Source: an uncultured Acidobacteriota bacterium
GTDB lineage: Bacteria > Acidobacteriota > Vicinamibacteria > Vicinamibacterales > 2-12-FULL-66-21
DNA length: 64,000 bases
Assembly: GCA_963762995.1 (NCBI GenBank)
Contig: CAVXMQ010000025.1
Location: 269,749-333,748, forward strand
Reading direction: 5' to 3'
Shown in pieces: positions 41,304 through 50,997 of this stretch. Position 1 is the first letter of the stretch; each line of letters opens with the position of its first letter. The notes under the pieces were generated by a model. It ran no database searches and was not told the DNA's origin. It was given only the letters and a program-made list of their open reading frames with translations. The position numbers and the translations under genes were made by a program.

Positions 41304-44300
41304 ATGGCAGGTTGGCGCCGTAGCGAATTAAAAGCTGGCGTGTACGACGAGGTCGTGAGTGCACGCCTTGATCGCCAACTGGCGGCCCTTGGAGATCGGT
41401 TCGAAGTGTATCGCTCCGCGCTGACTGTGAGCGAGCCGATCGGCGCGGCGCTCGAATCGCTGCTCGGGGATGGCCTCGCCCTCGCGCTGGCCGAACTGAA
41501 GGCTGACTCCGCTAAGGGGCTCGCACTGGCGGAAGCCCTGCTCGCGGTCCTGGGCTCGCACGCGCCACGGGTCTTCGACCGCGATGACGAGCTGCGGCTG
41601 AACGCCGAGCGGCTCACCGCGATCGTCGCGAGGCCCGCTCCGGCGCCAGAACGGCCGCGTGGATCGCTCCATGCCTCGAGTCTGATCGTCAATGCCGAGG
41701 GCGACCAACTGCTTGAGCACCTCCGGAGCGAGTTCGATAGCGCCGACTCGATCGACCTTCTGTGCGCGTTTATCAAGGTGAGCGGCTTCGAGAAACTTCG
41801 CTCTGAGATCGAGCGCCACTGCGACGCGCGCGGCCGTCCGCTGCGCGTGTTGACCACGACGTACATGGGAGCGTCGGATGCTTTTGCGATTGAGAGGCTG
41901 GCGGCGTTGCCGAATACTACGGTGAAGATTTCGTACGACGAGAATGCGACGCGGCTGCATGCGAAGGCGTGGATCTTTCATCGCGCCAGCGGCTTCTCCA
42001 CGGCGTTCGTGGGTTCGTCGAACCTATCGCACGCCGCCCAGACCGACGGGCTCGAGTGGAATGTTCGCATGACACAGTCGGATCAACCGGTGCTGGTCGC
42101 GCAAATGCACGAGACGTTCGACCAGTACTGGGCCGATGCACATCAGTTCGAACGTTACGAGCCTGGGAACAACGCGCACCGCACGCGGCTGGGGCGCGCT
42201 CTCTCGCCTGACGCGCGAAACGATTCGAGTGAGGATCTGCTGGTCGAGATTGAACCGAGGGACTTCCAGAAGCCGGTCCTTGAGGAGCTCACGGCCGCGC
42301 GAGAGCTCGGACGGCATCGTAATCTGATAGTCGCGGCGACCGGCACGGGGAAGACCGTTATGGCCGCGATCGATTACCGCGCCCTGCGGCAGGCGGGACG
42401 CGTTGAGACGCTGCTCTATGTCGCACACCGCCGCGAGATCCTCGAACAGGCGCGTCGCATCTTTCGCCACGCGCTCCAGATGCGCGACTTTGGCGAGCTA
42501 CTGTACCAAGGCGAGCGGCCCGCCATTCAACGACACGTGTTTGCGTCAATCGACTCGCTGGGGGAGGGCGCCGCGATCGACCCCGCCGCATTCGACCACG
42601 TGATTCTTGACGAGGCTCACCACGCCGCGGCTAACTCTTGGGAGAATTTGCTCGAACGGGTGGCACCGAAGGAGCTGCTCGGTTTGACCGGCACCCCTGA
42701 GCGCGCTGATGGTCTCGACTACGAGCGCCACTTCCCACGGCCATGGGTCGGAAACCTTCGGCTATGGAACGCTATTCCCCATGCGCTCGTTCCATTTCGC
42801 TACTACATGCTGGACGTTGAAGGTGCCGATCTGCGTGACCTCGCCTGGACCGCCGGTCGCTACGCGCCCGATCAACTTGCCGGGCGACTGGTGGGAGCGG
42901 CCGAAACGTTCGTGTCGCGGGCGGTCCGGGCCGTCACGGAGTGCATCGGGCGCCGGTCCGAGATGCGCGCCATCGCTTTCTGCGTGAACGTCCGACACGC
43001 CGAAGAGGTCGCGCGCCGCTTCGCCGCCTGCGGCTTTTCGACCCAGGTGGTGACCGGCAATACCACGAATGTGGAGCGGCGAGGGGCTCGCGGCGATCTC
43101 GATGCCGGCCGGGTGCAGGTGCTGTGCGTGGTCGACATTTACAACGAAGGCGTCGACGTCCCCAACGTCAACACGCTGTTCTTCTTCCGCCCCACCGAGA
43201 GTGCCACGGTGTTCCTCCAACAGTTCGGACGCGGCCTGCGTCGTGCGCCGGCTAAAGCTGAATTGGTCGTGTTCGACCTCACCGGACGGCAACATCTTCA
43301 GTTCCGATTCGATCGGCGGCTGCGATCGCTACTGGGCCATACGCCCCGCGAGCTGGCCGAGTTCGTTTCCAAGGGGTTCGGGCGGCTTCCGGCTGGTTGT
43401 CTTCTGCGCTTGGACGAGCAGGTCCGAGAGGACGTAATCGCGCAGATGCGTCGCGCGATTCCGTCAGACCAAGCGGGTATTCGTGCCCTACTGCGCGAAC
43501 CGGCGCACGCGGCTCTGTCACTGGCGGCGTTTCTTCACGAGACCGACGTCGCGCTTGACGATGTGTACCGTAAGAATCAATCGTGGTGGCAGTTGCGACA
43601 GTCGGCAGGTCTCGATGCGCGAACAGTCGGCCACGAAGAGAGAGCGGCGTTAGAGAATGTTCACAAGTTGATTCATGTCGGCGATGAGCGGCGGCTTGGG
43701 ATGTGGGCGCGGCTAACGTCGCTTGAGTCATTCCAAGACGAGGCGGACCGTCGGCTCGCCCGCATGCTCTTCGCGGTGCTCTACGGAAAGAAGATCGGCT
43801 CCGACGCGCGTGCGGAAGCGCTGTGGGCTGAGCACGCCTTGCTCCGCGAGGAAATCGCGGGTCTCGTGCCGATCTTGCGCGAGCTGAACGCGGTGCTGAC
43901 CCCGCCACACGCCCTCGCACCGGAGATCCCGCTGGCGCTGCACGCACGGTATCTCGGCGTCGAGCTGAGCGCTGCCTTCGATCATCGTACCCGAGAAGGG
44001 AACTTTCGCGACTATTACACTGGGGTCGAACTCACACACGGCAGGAAGTTCGATCTGCTCCTCGTTACGCTCGACAAGACAGCGGCAACGAAAGAGCACC
44101 TGCGTTACCGGGACTTCCCCCTCAACGAGAGGCGGTTTCACTGGCAGTCGAAGGCCCGAACCACACGCGAGTCGATGGAGGGAAGGCGGCATCTCGATCC
44201 GGCGCGGTACAACGTGACACCGCTGTTGTTCGTCCGGGAGCGAGCGGATGAGCGCGCCGGAGTGACAATGGCGTTTCGGTATCTGGGCCCGGTGGATCCG

Positions 44301-44396
44301 AATGGAGCCGATGGGGAACGCCCGATTACGATCGAGTGGCAATTGAGATACGCGATGCCGCGGGAAGTGCTGGTTGCTGGGAGAGTAGCGGGGTGA
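41304..44396 (+). CDS. SauUSI-like type IV restriction enzyme architecture: PLD nuclease + SF2 (DEAH) helicase + DUF3427
   Basis: The PLD HKD motif is RLHAKAWIF...FVGSSNLS. Helicase motifs are VAATGTGKT, ILDEAHHAAA, LTGTPER and QQFGRGLRR. The C-terminus is DUF3427-like (...RFHWQSKARTT...LLFVRE...FRYLGPV). The 1030-aa ORF is intact, with a GGAGG RBS. Confidence 0.85.
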   Translation: MAGWRRSELKAGVYDEVVSARLDRQLAALGDRFEVYRSALTVSEPIGAALESLLGDGLALALAELKADSAKGLALAEALLAVLGSHAPRVFDRDDELRLNAERLTAIVARPAPAPERPRGSLHASSLIVNAEGDQLLEHLRSEFDSADSIDLLCAFIKVSGFEKLRSEIERHCDARGRPLRVLTTTYMGASDAFAIERLAALPNTTVKISYDENATRLHAKAWIFHRASGFSTAFVGSSNLSHAAQTDGLEWNVRMTQSDQPVLVAQMHETFDQYWADAHQFERYEPGNNAHRTRLGRALSPDARNDSSEDLLVEIEPRDFQKPVLEELTAARELGRHRNLIVAATGTGKTVMAAIDYRALRQAGRVETLLYVAHRREILEQARRIFRHALQMRDFGELLYQGERPAIQRHVFASIDSLGEGAAIDPAAFDHVILDEAHHAAANSWENLLERVAPKELLGLTGTPERADGLDYERHFPRPWVGNLRLWNAIPHALVPFRYYMLDVEGADLRDLAWTAGRYAPDQLAGRLVGAAETFVSRAVRAVTECIGRRSEMRAIAFCVNVRHAEEVARRFAACGFSTQVVTGNTTNVERRGARGDLDAGRVQVLCVVDIYNEGVDVPNVNTLFFFRPTESATVFLQQFGRGLRRAPAKAELVVFDLTGRQHLQFRFDRRLRSLLGHTPRELAEFVSKGFGRLPAGCLLRLDEQVREDVIAQMRRAIPSDQAGIRALLREPAHAALSLAAFLHETDVALDDVYRKNQSWWQLRQSAGLDARTVGHEERAALENVHKLIHVGDERRLGMWARLTSLESFQDEADRRLARMLFAVLYGKKIGSDARAEALWAEHALLREEIAGLVPILRELNAVLTPPHALAPEIPLALHARYLGVELSAAFDHRTREGNFRDYYTGVELTHGRKFDLLLVTLDKTAATKEHLRYRDFPLNERRFHWQSKARTTRESMEGRRHLDPARYNVTPLLFVRERADERAGVTMAFRYLGPVDPNGADGERPITIEWQLRYAMPREVLVAGRVAG

Positions 44397-44610
44397 GGCA
44401 GGGATAGTACCTTCACTATGCAATCGTTTCTGCTTGCCGTATTACGCACTTGGAATAGTAGCTTACGCATTATGCGCAACCCCAGACTGCTCTCCAAGGC
44501 TCTATTTCCAACCGTCCGGTGGGAGATACTCGCAGCAACGCTGACCAGGCCTGACAAATGGTCGCCTCTCGGAGTTGGCACAGTTCCTCTGACCTGCCCT
44601 CCAGATCGAT

Positions 44611-44656
44611 CACGGATAGTGGCTAACACAAATCGGACGGACTCTCACTATCCGTG
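44611..44656. terminator. Perfect 11-bp inverted repeat (CACGGATAGTG ... CACTATCCGTG) between convergent genes
   Basis: Read directly. The loop is about 24 nt and there is no clear T-tract, so the terminator role is only a guess. Confidence 0.3.
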
Positions 44657-44736
44657 TCTCGCATCTGGGGCAGGTCACGACAGTTCTCGCCAGTGAGCAA
44701 GCAGGGACGACACAGCCCACGCCGCCACGGCTCGGC

Positions 44737-45553
44737 TCAGTCCCCCGAAGCAGGACGTTGGATGGGAACGGAAATCTCCGACTCGACCGGAGTGCAGAAC
44801 AGACTCTCGGAGCGCGCTACCGAATGACGGTACCTGTCGGTCGAGAAATTGGCGCCAGCCTCTGTGAAGTAGGTTTGCCAAAACTCCTGGATCTTGACAC
44901 CCTGAACCGTGGAGGCGTCGGCTCCCACTACTGTCACGCATAGCCCGTCGAGCTCGGCGACCCTCTTCCCTGCCTTCAGCTCGTTGATCAGCGATGGTAC
45001 GTTGATCGATTTCACAAAACTTGCACCGTTACCCGCTTGAATCATGTCAGACAACAGAAGGAGCGTGGATTGACGGTTGTCCGCATCGGCAAGGTGGTCC
45101 GAGACTTCGAAGAGCGTCGACAGGATATCCGTGCCACGGTCCTTCAATACGGCCGCTTTATCGAATAGCTGATACGGCTAACCATTTATCCGCGACAGCG
45201 GCTTCGACTTCATGCCGCTCCCTCGCTGTCAGCCTCTCCACATTACGGGCGTTCGCGATAGTGGCATTCCACCTATTCCCGTGCTGCCTTCCTCGACCTT
45301 CAACGTGAAGCAGCGTTATCCTGTCGTTTGGTTTGAGGCTGTCAACGACACCCCGCAATCGCGTCTTGCTCTCCTGAAGTGCCGCAGCTGATCGGCTGCC
45401 TGAGAAATCCACGGCCACGACGATATTCCTGGCCCGCACCCGCTGCTGGCTCGCCGGCCCCCTCGGGGAGCCATCACAGGCCACCAGCGTTATAACCAAC
45501 ACACTAACGAGGGAGAACCGACCAAATTGTGACACCCAGCTGATCGTAGTCAT
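44737..45553 (-). CDS. vWA-domain lipoprotein (one frame change near 45165)
   Basis: The lipobox-like signal is LVITLVAC. The MIDAS motif is VAVDFSGS, followed by GTDILSTL and LLLLSDM. The gene is split into ORFs 45158-45553 and 44737-45147. Confidence 0.6.
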
Positions 45554-45637
45554 GCGACCTCTCCTCCCTCACACGTGCGTGCCGGCTGATGGGCCGACGT
45601 TGGACGGATCCCCAACCGAACATCCATCGACAGCTGA

Positions 45638-45889
45638 TCACAGACTGCACCCAAGCGATTTAACATCGTCATATGTGCCGCGAATTGGGCGGCCACCTCT
45701 GGCTTCGATTCGTATCCTCACCTGGATCTCAAGTCGGGTGCCGGGTGCGACTGGATCCACCCAACCGTCCTGCTTCAACAAACTAAAACCAACGATTGCA
45801 ACTTCGTACAGGCTGTCGGCGGAGACTTCGACGCTGTGACAGACGCCCGATGGCCCGACGAAGCAGACGGTGCAGGTCTTCGTCGACAT
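45638..45889 (-). CDS. Small hypothetical protein (83 aa) upstream of the vWA gene
   Basis: MSTKTCTVCFVGPSGVCHSVEVSADSLYEVAIVGFSLLKQDGW... has protein-like composition and lies in an AT-richer stretch. Confidence 0.45.
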   Translation of the reverse strand: MSTKTCTVCFVGPSGVCHSVEVSADSLYEVAIVGFSLLKQDGWVDPVAPGTRLEIQVRIRIEARGGRPIRGTYDDVKSLGCSL

Positions 45890-46242
45890 CGGCGGACGAC
45901 GATAGCACCTTCGTGATATTTTCGCTATGTGGACGAACCGACTGAGGGTAGATCAGAAGCTCTGCACTGAGGCAATACAATGACGGGCGAGCGATGCGCG
46001 TCGAACCATGGCGCGCGGATCGATACCTCACGTAGTTTTTCGCAACCCGCTGATAGAAAGTCGGTTACGACAGCGAGTACCGAAACGACGAATCGGTAGG
46101 GCTTGCGACCGACGAGTAGCGTGAAGAAATCCCGAGACCGCCTTAGACCGATCGTTTCTGTTCTCAAAGCCTTCGCCGGGCGCGTCTACGACCGTAGTTG
46201 AAATAGACGCAGAATCCCGTATCGAATCGCCAGCACTTTTCA

Positions 46243-47735
46243 ATGACCACCGATCTGAAATCACATCTGTGGGAGTGCGCCGAGATCCTCCGCGGCAGCG
46301 CCGTGGACCGGACCGACTGGAAGGCGTACATCCTGCCGCTCCTGTTCTTCAAGCGCATCTCGACGTCTGGGATGAGGAGACGGCTGAGGCCGCCGACGCT
46401 CTTCGGAGACGCCGAGCCTGTCGACTTTCCCGAGGTTCACCGCTTCAACGTCCCAGAGGGCTGTCACTGGCGCGATGTTCGGGAAACCCCGGCCAATGTT
46501 GGCGCCGCGCTCTCCCACGCCATGCGTGAAATCGAGCGCGCGAACCCCGACACGCTCTATCGCGTGTTCGGCGCGGCCGACTGGGGCAACCGGGAGATGC
46601 TGACTGACGAGATCCTCAAGGACCTCATGGAAGGGCTGTCCGGGGTTTCGCTCGGGAACAAGGCCGTCAGCACGGACGTCCTCGGCGACGCCTACGAGTA
46701 CCTGATCGGTAAGTTCGCCGACATCACCAAGCGCAAGAAGGCCGGCGAGTTCTACACGCCGCGCAGCGTCGTCCGGATGATGGTGGAGCTGCTCGACCCG
46801 AAGGCCGGCGAGACCATCTACGACCCCGCCTGCGGCACCGGCGGCATGCTCCTCGGCGCCATCGAGCATGTGCAGCGCGCGGGCGGCGACGCGCGCACGT
46901 TCTTCGGGAAGATCTTCGGCCAGGAGAAGAACCTCACCACCGCCTCCATTGCGCGCATGAACCTCGTGCTGCACGGCATCGAGGACTTTCAGATCGTGCG
47001 CGAAGACACGCTGCGCAGTCCTGCGTTCACCGATTCGGCGACTGGCGGCCTGGCGACATTCGACTGCGTGATCGCCAATCCGCCGTTCTCGCTGAAGGAG
47101 TGGGGGCGAGACGTGTGGGAAGCGGACCCTTGGGGCCGCGCTCAGTTTGGTGTGCCGCCCGAGAGCTATGGCGACTACGCCTGGGTCCAGCACATGGTCG
47201 CGTCGATGGCGGCCGGAACCGGTCGCATGGCCGTGGTCCTGCCGCAGGGCGCGCTCTTTCGCAAGGATGCCGAAGGCCGAATCCGGCGGGCCCTGCTTGA
47301 ACAGGACCTGATCGAGACCGTTATCGGTCTCGCGCCGAATATCTTCTATGGCACCGGCTCTAGCGCCGGCGGTCGTGGTTCTCCGCCGCGTCAAGCCGCC
47401 AGTCCGAAAGGGCAAGGTGCTCATGGTCGATGCCTCCAGCTTGTTCCGCAAGGGGCGCGCACAAAATTTTCTCGACCCGGAGCATGCCGCGCAGATCGTC
47501 GAGGTGGGTGCGCGCGTTCGAAAATGTTGCCAATCGCGCGAGGGTCGTCAGCCTTGAGGAGATCAAGGCCGAAGACTGGACATTAAACATCTCGCGCTAC
47601 GTGCTGCCGCCGATGGGTGAGGACGATACCGCCGCTTACCGAAGCCGTCGCTGCGTTCAAGCAGGCGATCCCGAGGCTCGGGCAGCGGAGGACCGGCTGC
47701 GCGAAGTCCTGATCGAAGGGGGCTGGCTCTCGTGA
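46243..47735 (+). pseudogene. hsdM: Type I R-M methyltransferase subunit, copy 1 (4 or more frame changes, two of them mutually compensating)
   Basis: LLFFKRIS[DVWDEE in a shifted frame], YEYLIGKFA, EFYTPR, YDPACGTGGML and ANPPFS are present. The C-terminal pieces lie in ORFs 47348-47557 and 47430-47735. Confidence 0.8.
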
Positions 47736-49240
47736 GCAAGGCCGCGGGGCATCTGAGCCAGCAGGAACTCGAGTCGTACCTCTGGGGAGCGGCGAAGCTC
47801 CTGCGCGGGCTGATAGACGCGGGCGATTACAAGCAGTACGTCTTCCCATTGCTCTTCTTCAAGCGCCTCTCGGATGTGTGGGATGAGGAGTACCGAACGG
47901 CGCTCGCCGAGACCGGAGACGCCGCCTACGCGCGCGCGACTGCAGACGATCGTTTTGCGATTCCCGAAGGCGCGCATTGGGCCGACGTGCGCGGCGCCTC
48001 TCGAGACGTCGGGCGCGCGCTTGTGAACGCGTTTCGCGCGATCGAAGCCGCCAACCCGGAGCGCCTCGCTGGCATCTTCGGCAATGCGTCGTGGACCGAC
48101 AAGGCCCAGATGCCCGACGAGACGCTAAAGAATCTCATCGAGCATTTCTCTCAGCACGATCTCGGCCTGACGGCCGTCCCAGAAGACGAGCTCGGCAACG
48201 CCTACGAGTATCTGATCAAGCAGTTCGCCGACGACAGCGGCCACACCGCGCAGGAGTTCTATACAAACCGCACGCTCGTGCACCTGATGACGCAGATGCT
48301 CGAGCCACAGGCTGGCGAGCGTATCTACGACCCGACGGTCGGTACCGGCGGCATGCTCATCTCGTCGCTAGCAGAGGTCAAACGTCGCGGCGGCGACGTA
48401 CGCACGCTCGGGCTCTATGGCCAGGAACTGATCCACATCACAGCTGCCATCGCGCGAATGAATCTGGTCCTCCATGGCGTTGAGGACTTCGAGATTGTTG
48501 CCGGCAACACACTAAGCAACCCCGCTTTCACCGAGCGCGATCACCTCCGCACGTTCGACGTGGTGCTCGCTAATCCGCCGTACTCGATCAAGAAGTGGAA
48601 CCGCGAGGCCTGGCAGAACGACCATTGGGGGCGCAATTTCCTCGGGACGCCTCCGCAGGGGCGTGCCGACTACGCTTTCTTTCAACACATTCTGAAGAGC
48701 CTTGATCCCAAAACAGGTCGCTGCGCAATCCTGTTTCCACACGGTGTGTTGTTTCGCGACGGTGAAGTCGCAATGCGCCGCAGATTGGTTGAGTCCGACT
48801 TGGTGGAGTGTGTGCTCGGCCTCGGTCCAAATCTGTTTTACAACTCGCCCATGGAAGCGTGCGTAGTCATCTGTCGAGCACACAGGCCCGCCGGTCGACG
48901 TGGACGAATCCTCTTCATCGACGCACTCCACGAAGTCGCTCGAGAACACGCTAGGAGCTTCCTCAAGCCTGACCACCAAACGCGAATCCTGAATACGTAC
49001 CTACGGTTCACCGAAGAACAGGGATTCTCGAGAATCGCGACCATCGGCGACGTTCTAGGTTACGACGCAGACTTGTCAGTCACTCGATACGTTCAAGCTG
49101 TCTCGAAGCCGACTGCGCGCGGTGCTAGCTTCTCGACCGCCTGGGGGAGCTTCGAAACCGAGGGCCGACTCTTCTGGCGGGAGATCGACGTAGCAGTCGA
49201 TATGTTGGATTCGGTCGCAAAGGACACTGCCGATGCTTGA
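47732..49240 (+). CDS. hsdM: Type I R-M methyltransferase subunit, copy 2 (intact)
   Basis: LLFFKRLSDVWDEE, YEYLIKQFA, EFYTNR, YDPTVGTGGML and ANPPYS are present. The GTG start overlaps the stop of copy 1. Confidence 0.9.
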   Translation: MSKAAGHLSQQELESYLWGAAKLLRGLIDAGDYKQYVFPLLFFKRLSDVWDEEYRTALAETGDAAYARATADDRFAIPEGAHWADVRGASRDVGRALVNAFRAIEAANPERLAGIFGNASWTDKAQMPDETLKNLIEHFSQHDLGLTAVPEDELGNAYEYLIKQFADDSGHTAQEFYTNRTLVHLMTQMLEPQAGERIYDPTVGTGGMLISSLAEVKRRGGDVRTLGLYGQELIHITAAIARMNLVLHGVEDFEIVAGNTLSNPAFTERDHLRTFDVVLANPPYSIKKWNREAWQNDHWGRNFLGTPPQGRADYAFFQHILKSLDPKTGRCAILFPHGVLFRDGEVAMRRRLVESDLVECVLGLGPNLFYNSPMEACVVICRAHRPAGRRGRILFIDALHEVAREHARSFLKPDHQTRILNTYLRFTEEQGFSRIATIGDVLGYDADLSVTRYVQAVSKPTARGASFSTAWGSFETEGRLFWREIDVAVDMLDSVAKDTADA

Positions 49241-50404
49241 GCCCCTGCTCTCGATCAAGCCTCAGCGGGTAGCGATTCGCGACGTTATCGTTCGGATTAA
49301 CGACCGGAGAGCGGATCCAGCATCCGAGGGATTCAGCCGCTTCGTCGGTGTCGACGACCTCGACGCTGATGACTTGACACTGCGACGCTGGGGTCTCATC
49401 GAAGACGGCAGCCTTCCTCCTACTTTCCGATACGCGTTTCCGACCGGCTCAGTGCTCTTCCCAACGAGGCGACCAGCCCTCCGCAAGTGCGCGGTCGCTC
49501 CGTTCTCGGGAATCACCGGAGAAAAGATTCTCATTTTGCAATCTCGTGACCGCGCGAAGTTGGATCCCGGGTTCATGCCATTCTTGCTAGCGAGCGAAGG
49601 AGTGCGGGAGTGGGTGATCGCTAGGGCGATCGGGTCTGTAACGCCTCATTTCAGATGGCGCGATCTCGCTGACTTCACGTTCACCCTTCCGCCACTAGAT
49701 GAACAGCGGCGGATTGCCGCCGCGCTTACGGCGATGGATGATGCCAGCGAGGCGTTCGAAGAAGCACGGCGCGCACGTTCAGGCGCTTCAGCTGTCGTTT
49801 TTGAACGCATATTTTGCGCCGCGATTCAGACAGGGCAAGCCACTCACAGAAGTAGCTCGTGTTGTTGCTGGGGGGACACCGTCCAAGGCTGAGACTAAAT
49901 TCTGGGGTGGCGACTACCCGTGGGCCAGCGGGAAGGATCTCAAAACGAGATTTCTCGCGGACACTGAGGACCACGTGACATCCGCAGGTTGGGCCGCCGC
50001 CACCATCGCCCCCAAAGGCGCAACTCTAGTCGTTGTCAGGGGAATGATCTTGGCGCACACATTTCCGGTGACTCGGTGCGAGCGAGATATTGCGTTCAAT
50101 CAAGACTTGCGAGCGCTTATCGCTGGCAACGATGTTTTGCCGGACTACTTGTTTTTGTGGACGGAGTGGGCAGCCCGTTGGTTCCTTACACGGACGGCGG
50201 CTTCAAGTCACGGCACCAAACGCATTGAGGGTGGTGTGTTTGCGCAAGCTCTCGATACCGGTCCCGAGCCAGTCCGAGCAACGGCACGTGGTTGAAGGCC
50301 ATGATGCGGTGACGCGCACGGCGACGGTCATGGCGAAGAGAAGGGCCGATCACGACACGCTTCGGCAAGCCTTTTTGAAGGCAGTCTCGGACAAGCTGCT
50401 ATGA
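49233..50404 (+). pseudogene. hsdS: Type I R-M specificity subunit (two TRDs; 2 frame changes)
   Basis: The central conserved helix is LPPLDEQRRIAAAL and the distal one is IPVPSQSEQRHVV. The pieces lie in ORFs 49233-49892, 49699-50295 and 50090-50404. The start overlaps the hsdM stop. Confidence 0.8.
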
Positions 50405-50437
50405 GTCACCGCCGCGCACGTACGGAGACCAGACCAC

Positions 50438-50950
50438 ATGCCTGACGGGAGACCTGCGATTCCGGCTGAAATGCGGAGAGCGCTGATGGTGGAGTGCGGC
50501 CATCGATGCTCCGCTTGCGGCGACGGAGTAGCCTTGGAAAAGGCCCACATCATCCCTTGGCACAAGAGCAAGGAGCATGTTCTGGCTGATCTCTTGGTGC
50601 TGTGTGCTGTGTGCCATACAAGATCCGAAGATGAGATCTGGGATGGGAAGACCCTGCGTGAATACAAGCAGCATCCTTGGGTTGCCAGATATCGGGCCAA
50701 TCCTGCTCCAAGAGATGGCGGAACCGTGGCGGAGTTCTCGTTTGCGCTCACTGAATCCGGTTTTGCTGCGGAGAAAGAGAGGCTGCTGGCGGCGATCGCC
50801 GCCGCGCTGGACATTTGCCCCAAAGGACGTCGTTGTGGTGTCCGCTTCGTAGGGGCAGCGTCATTGTCCGTATTCAACTGCCCGAAGGCTGCCGCACGTC
50901 GCCTGACTACAGAAGACATCGGTGCGCGCGAGGATCGCAGATCTCGCTAG
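50438..50950 (+). CDS. HNH endonuclease-domain protein (C-terminal half possibly frame-shifted)
   Basis: The HNH and Zn-ligand pattern is CGHRCSACG...EKAHIIPW...LLVLCAVCH. Confidence 0.7.
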   Translation: MPDGRPAIPAEMRRALMVECGHRCSACGDGVALEKAHIIPWHKSKEHVLADLLVLCAVCHTRSEDEIWDGKTLREYKQHPWVARYRANPAPRDGGTVAEFSFALTESGFAAEKERLLAAIAAALDICPKGRRCGVRFVGAASLSVFNCPKAAARRLTTEDIGAREDRRSR

Positions 50951-50997
50951 GCCCGTGGAAGTCCTAGATATTCAGATGCATCGCGGAGACGTCAAGT

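Noticed and set aside
40625-41866. 413-aa minus-strand ORF bridging the DUF6569 and PLD-helicase genes
   Set aside because: It is antisense to two well-supported plus-strand genes and crosses their intergenic region. I found no recognisable motifs.
41304-44396. PLD + helicase gene as a Mokosh- or DISARM-type component
   Set aside because: The domain order (N-terminal PLD, central DEAH helicase, C-terminal DUF3427 in a single polypeptide) matches SauUSI-type restriction enzymes better. No DrmA/DrmB/DUF1998 or separate Mokosh partner genes are nearby.
46261-47451. 396-aa minus-strand ORF (also 50992-52080 and 52408-53634) across the R-M genes
   Set aside because: These are shadow frames of hsdM and hsdR. 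The plus strand carries the canonical methylase and helicase motifs.
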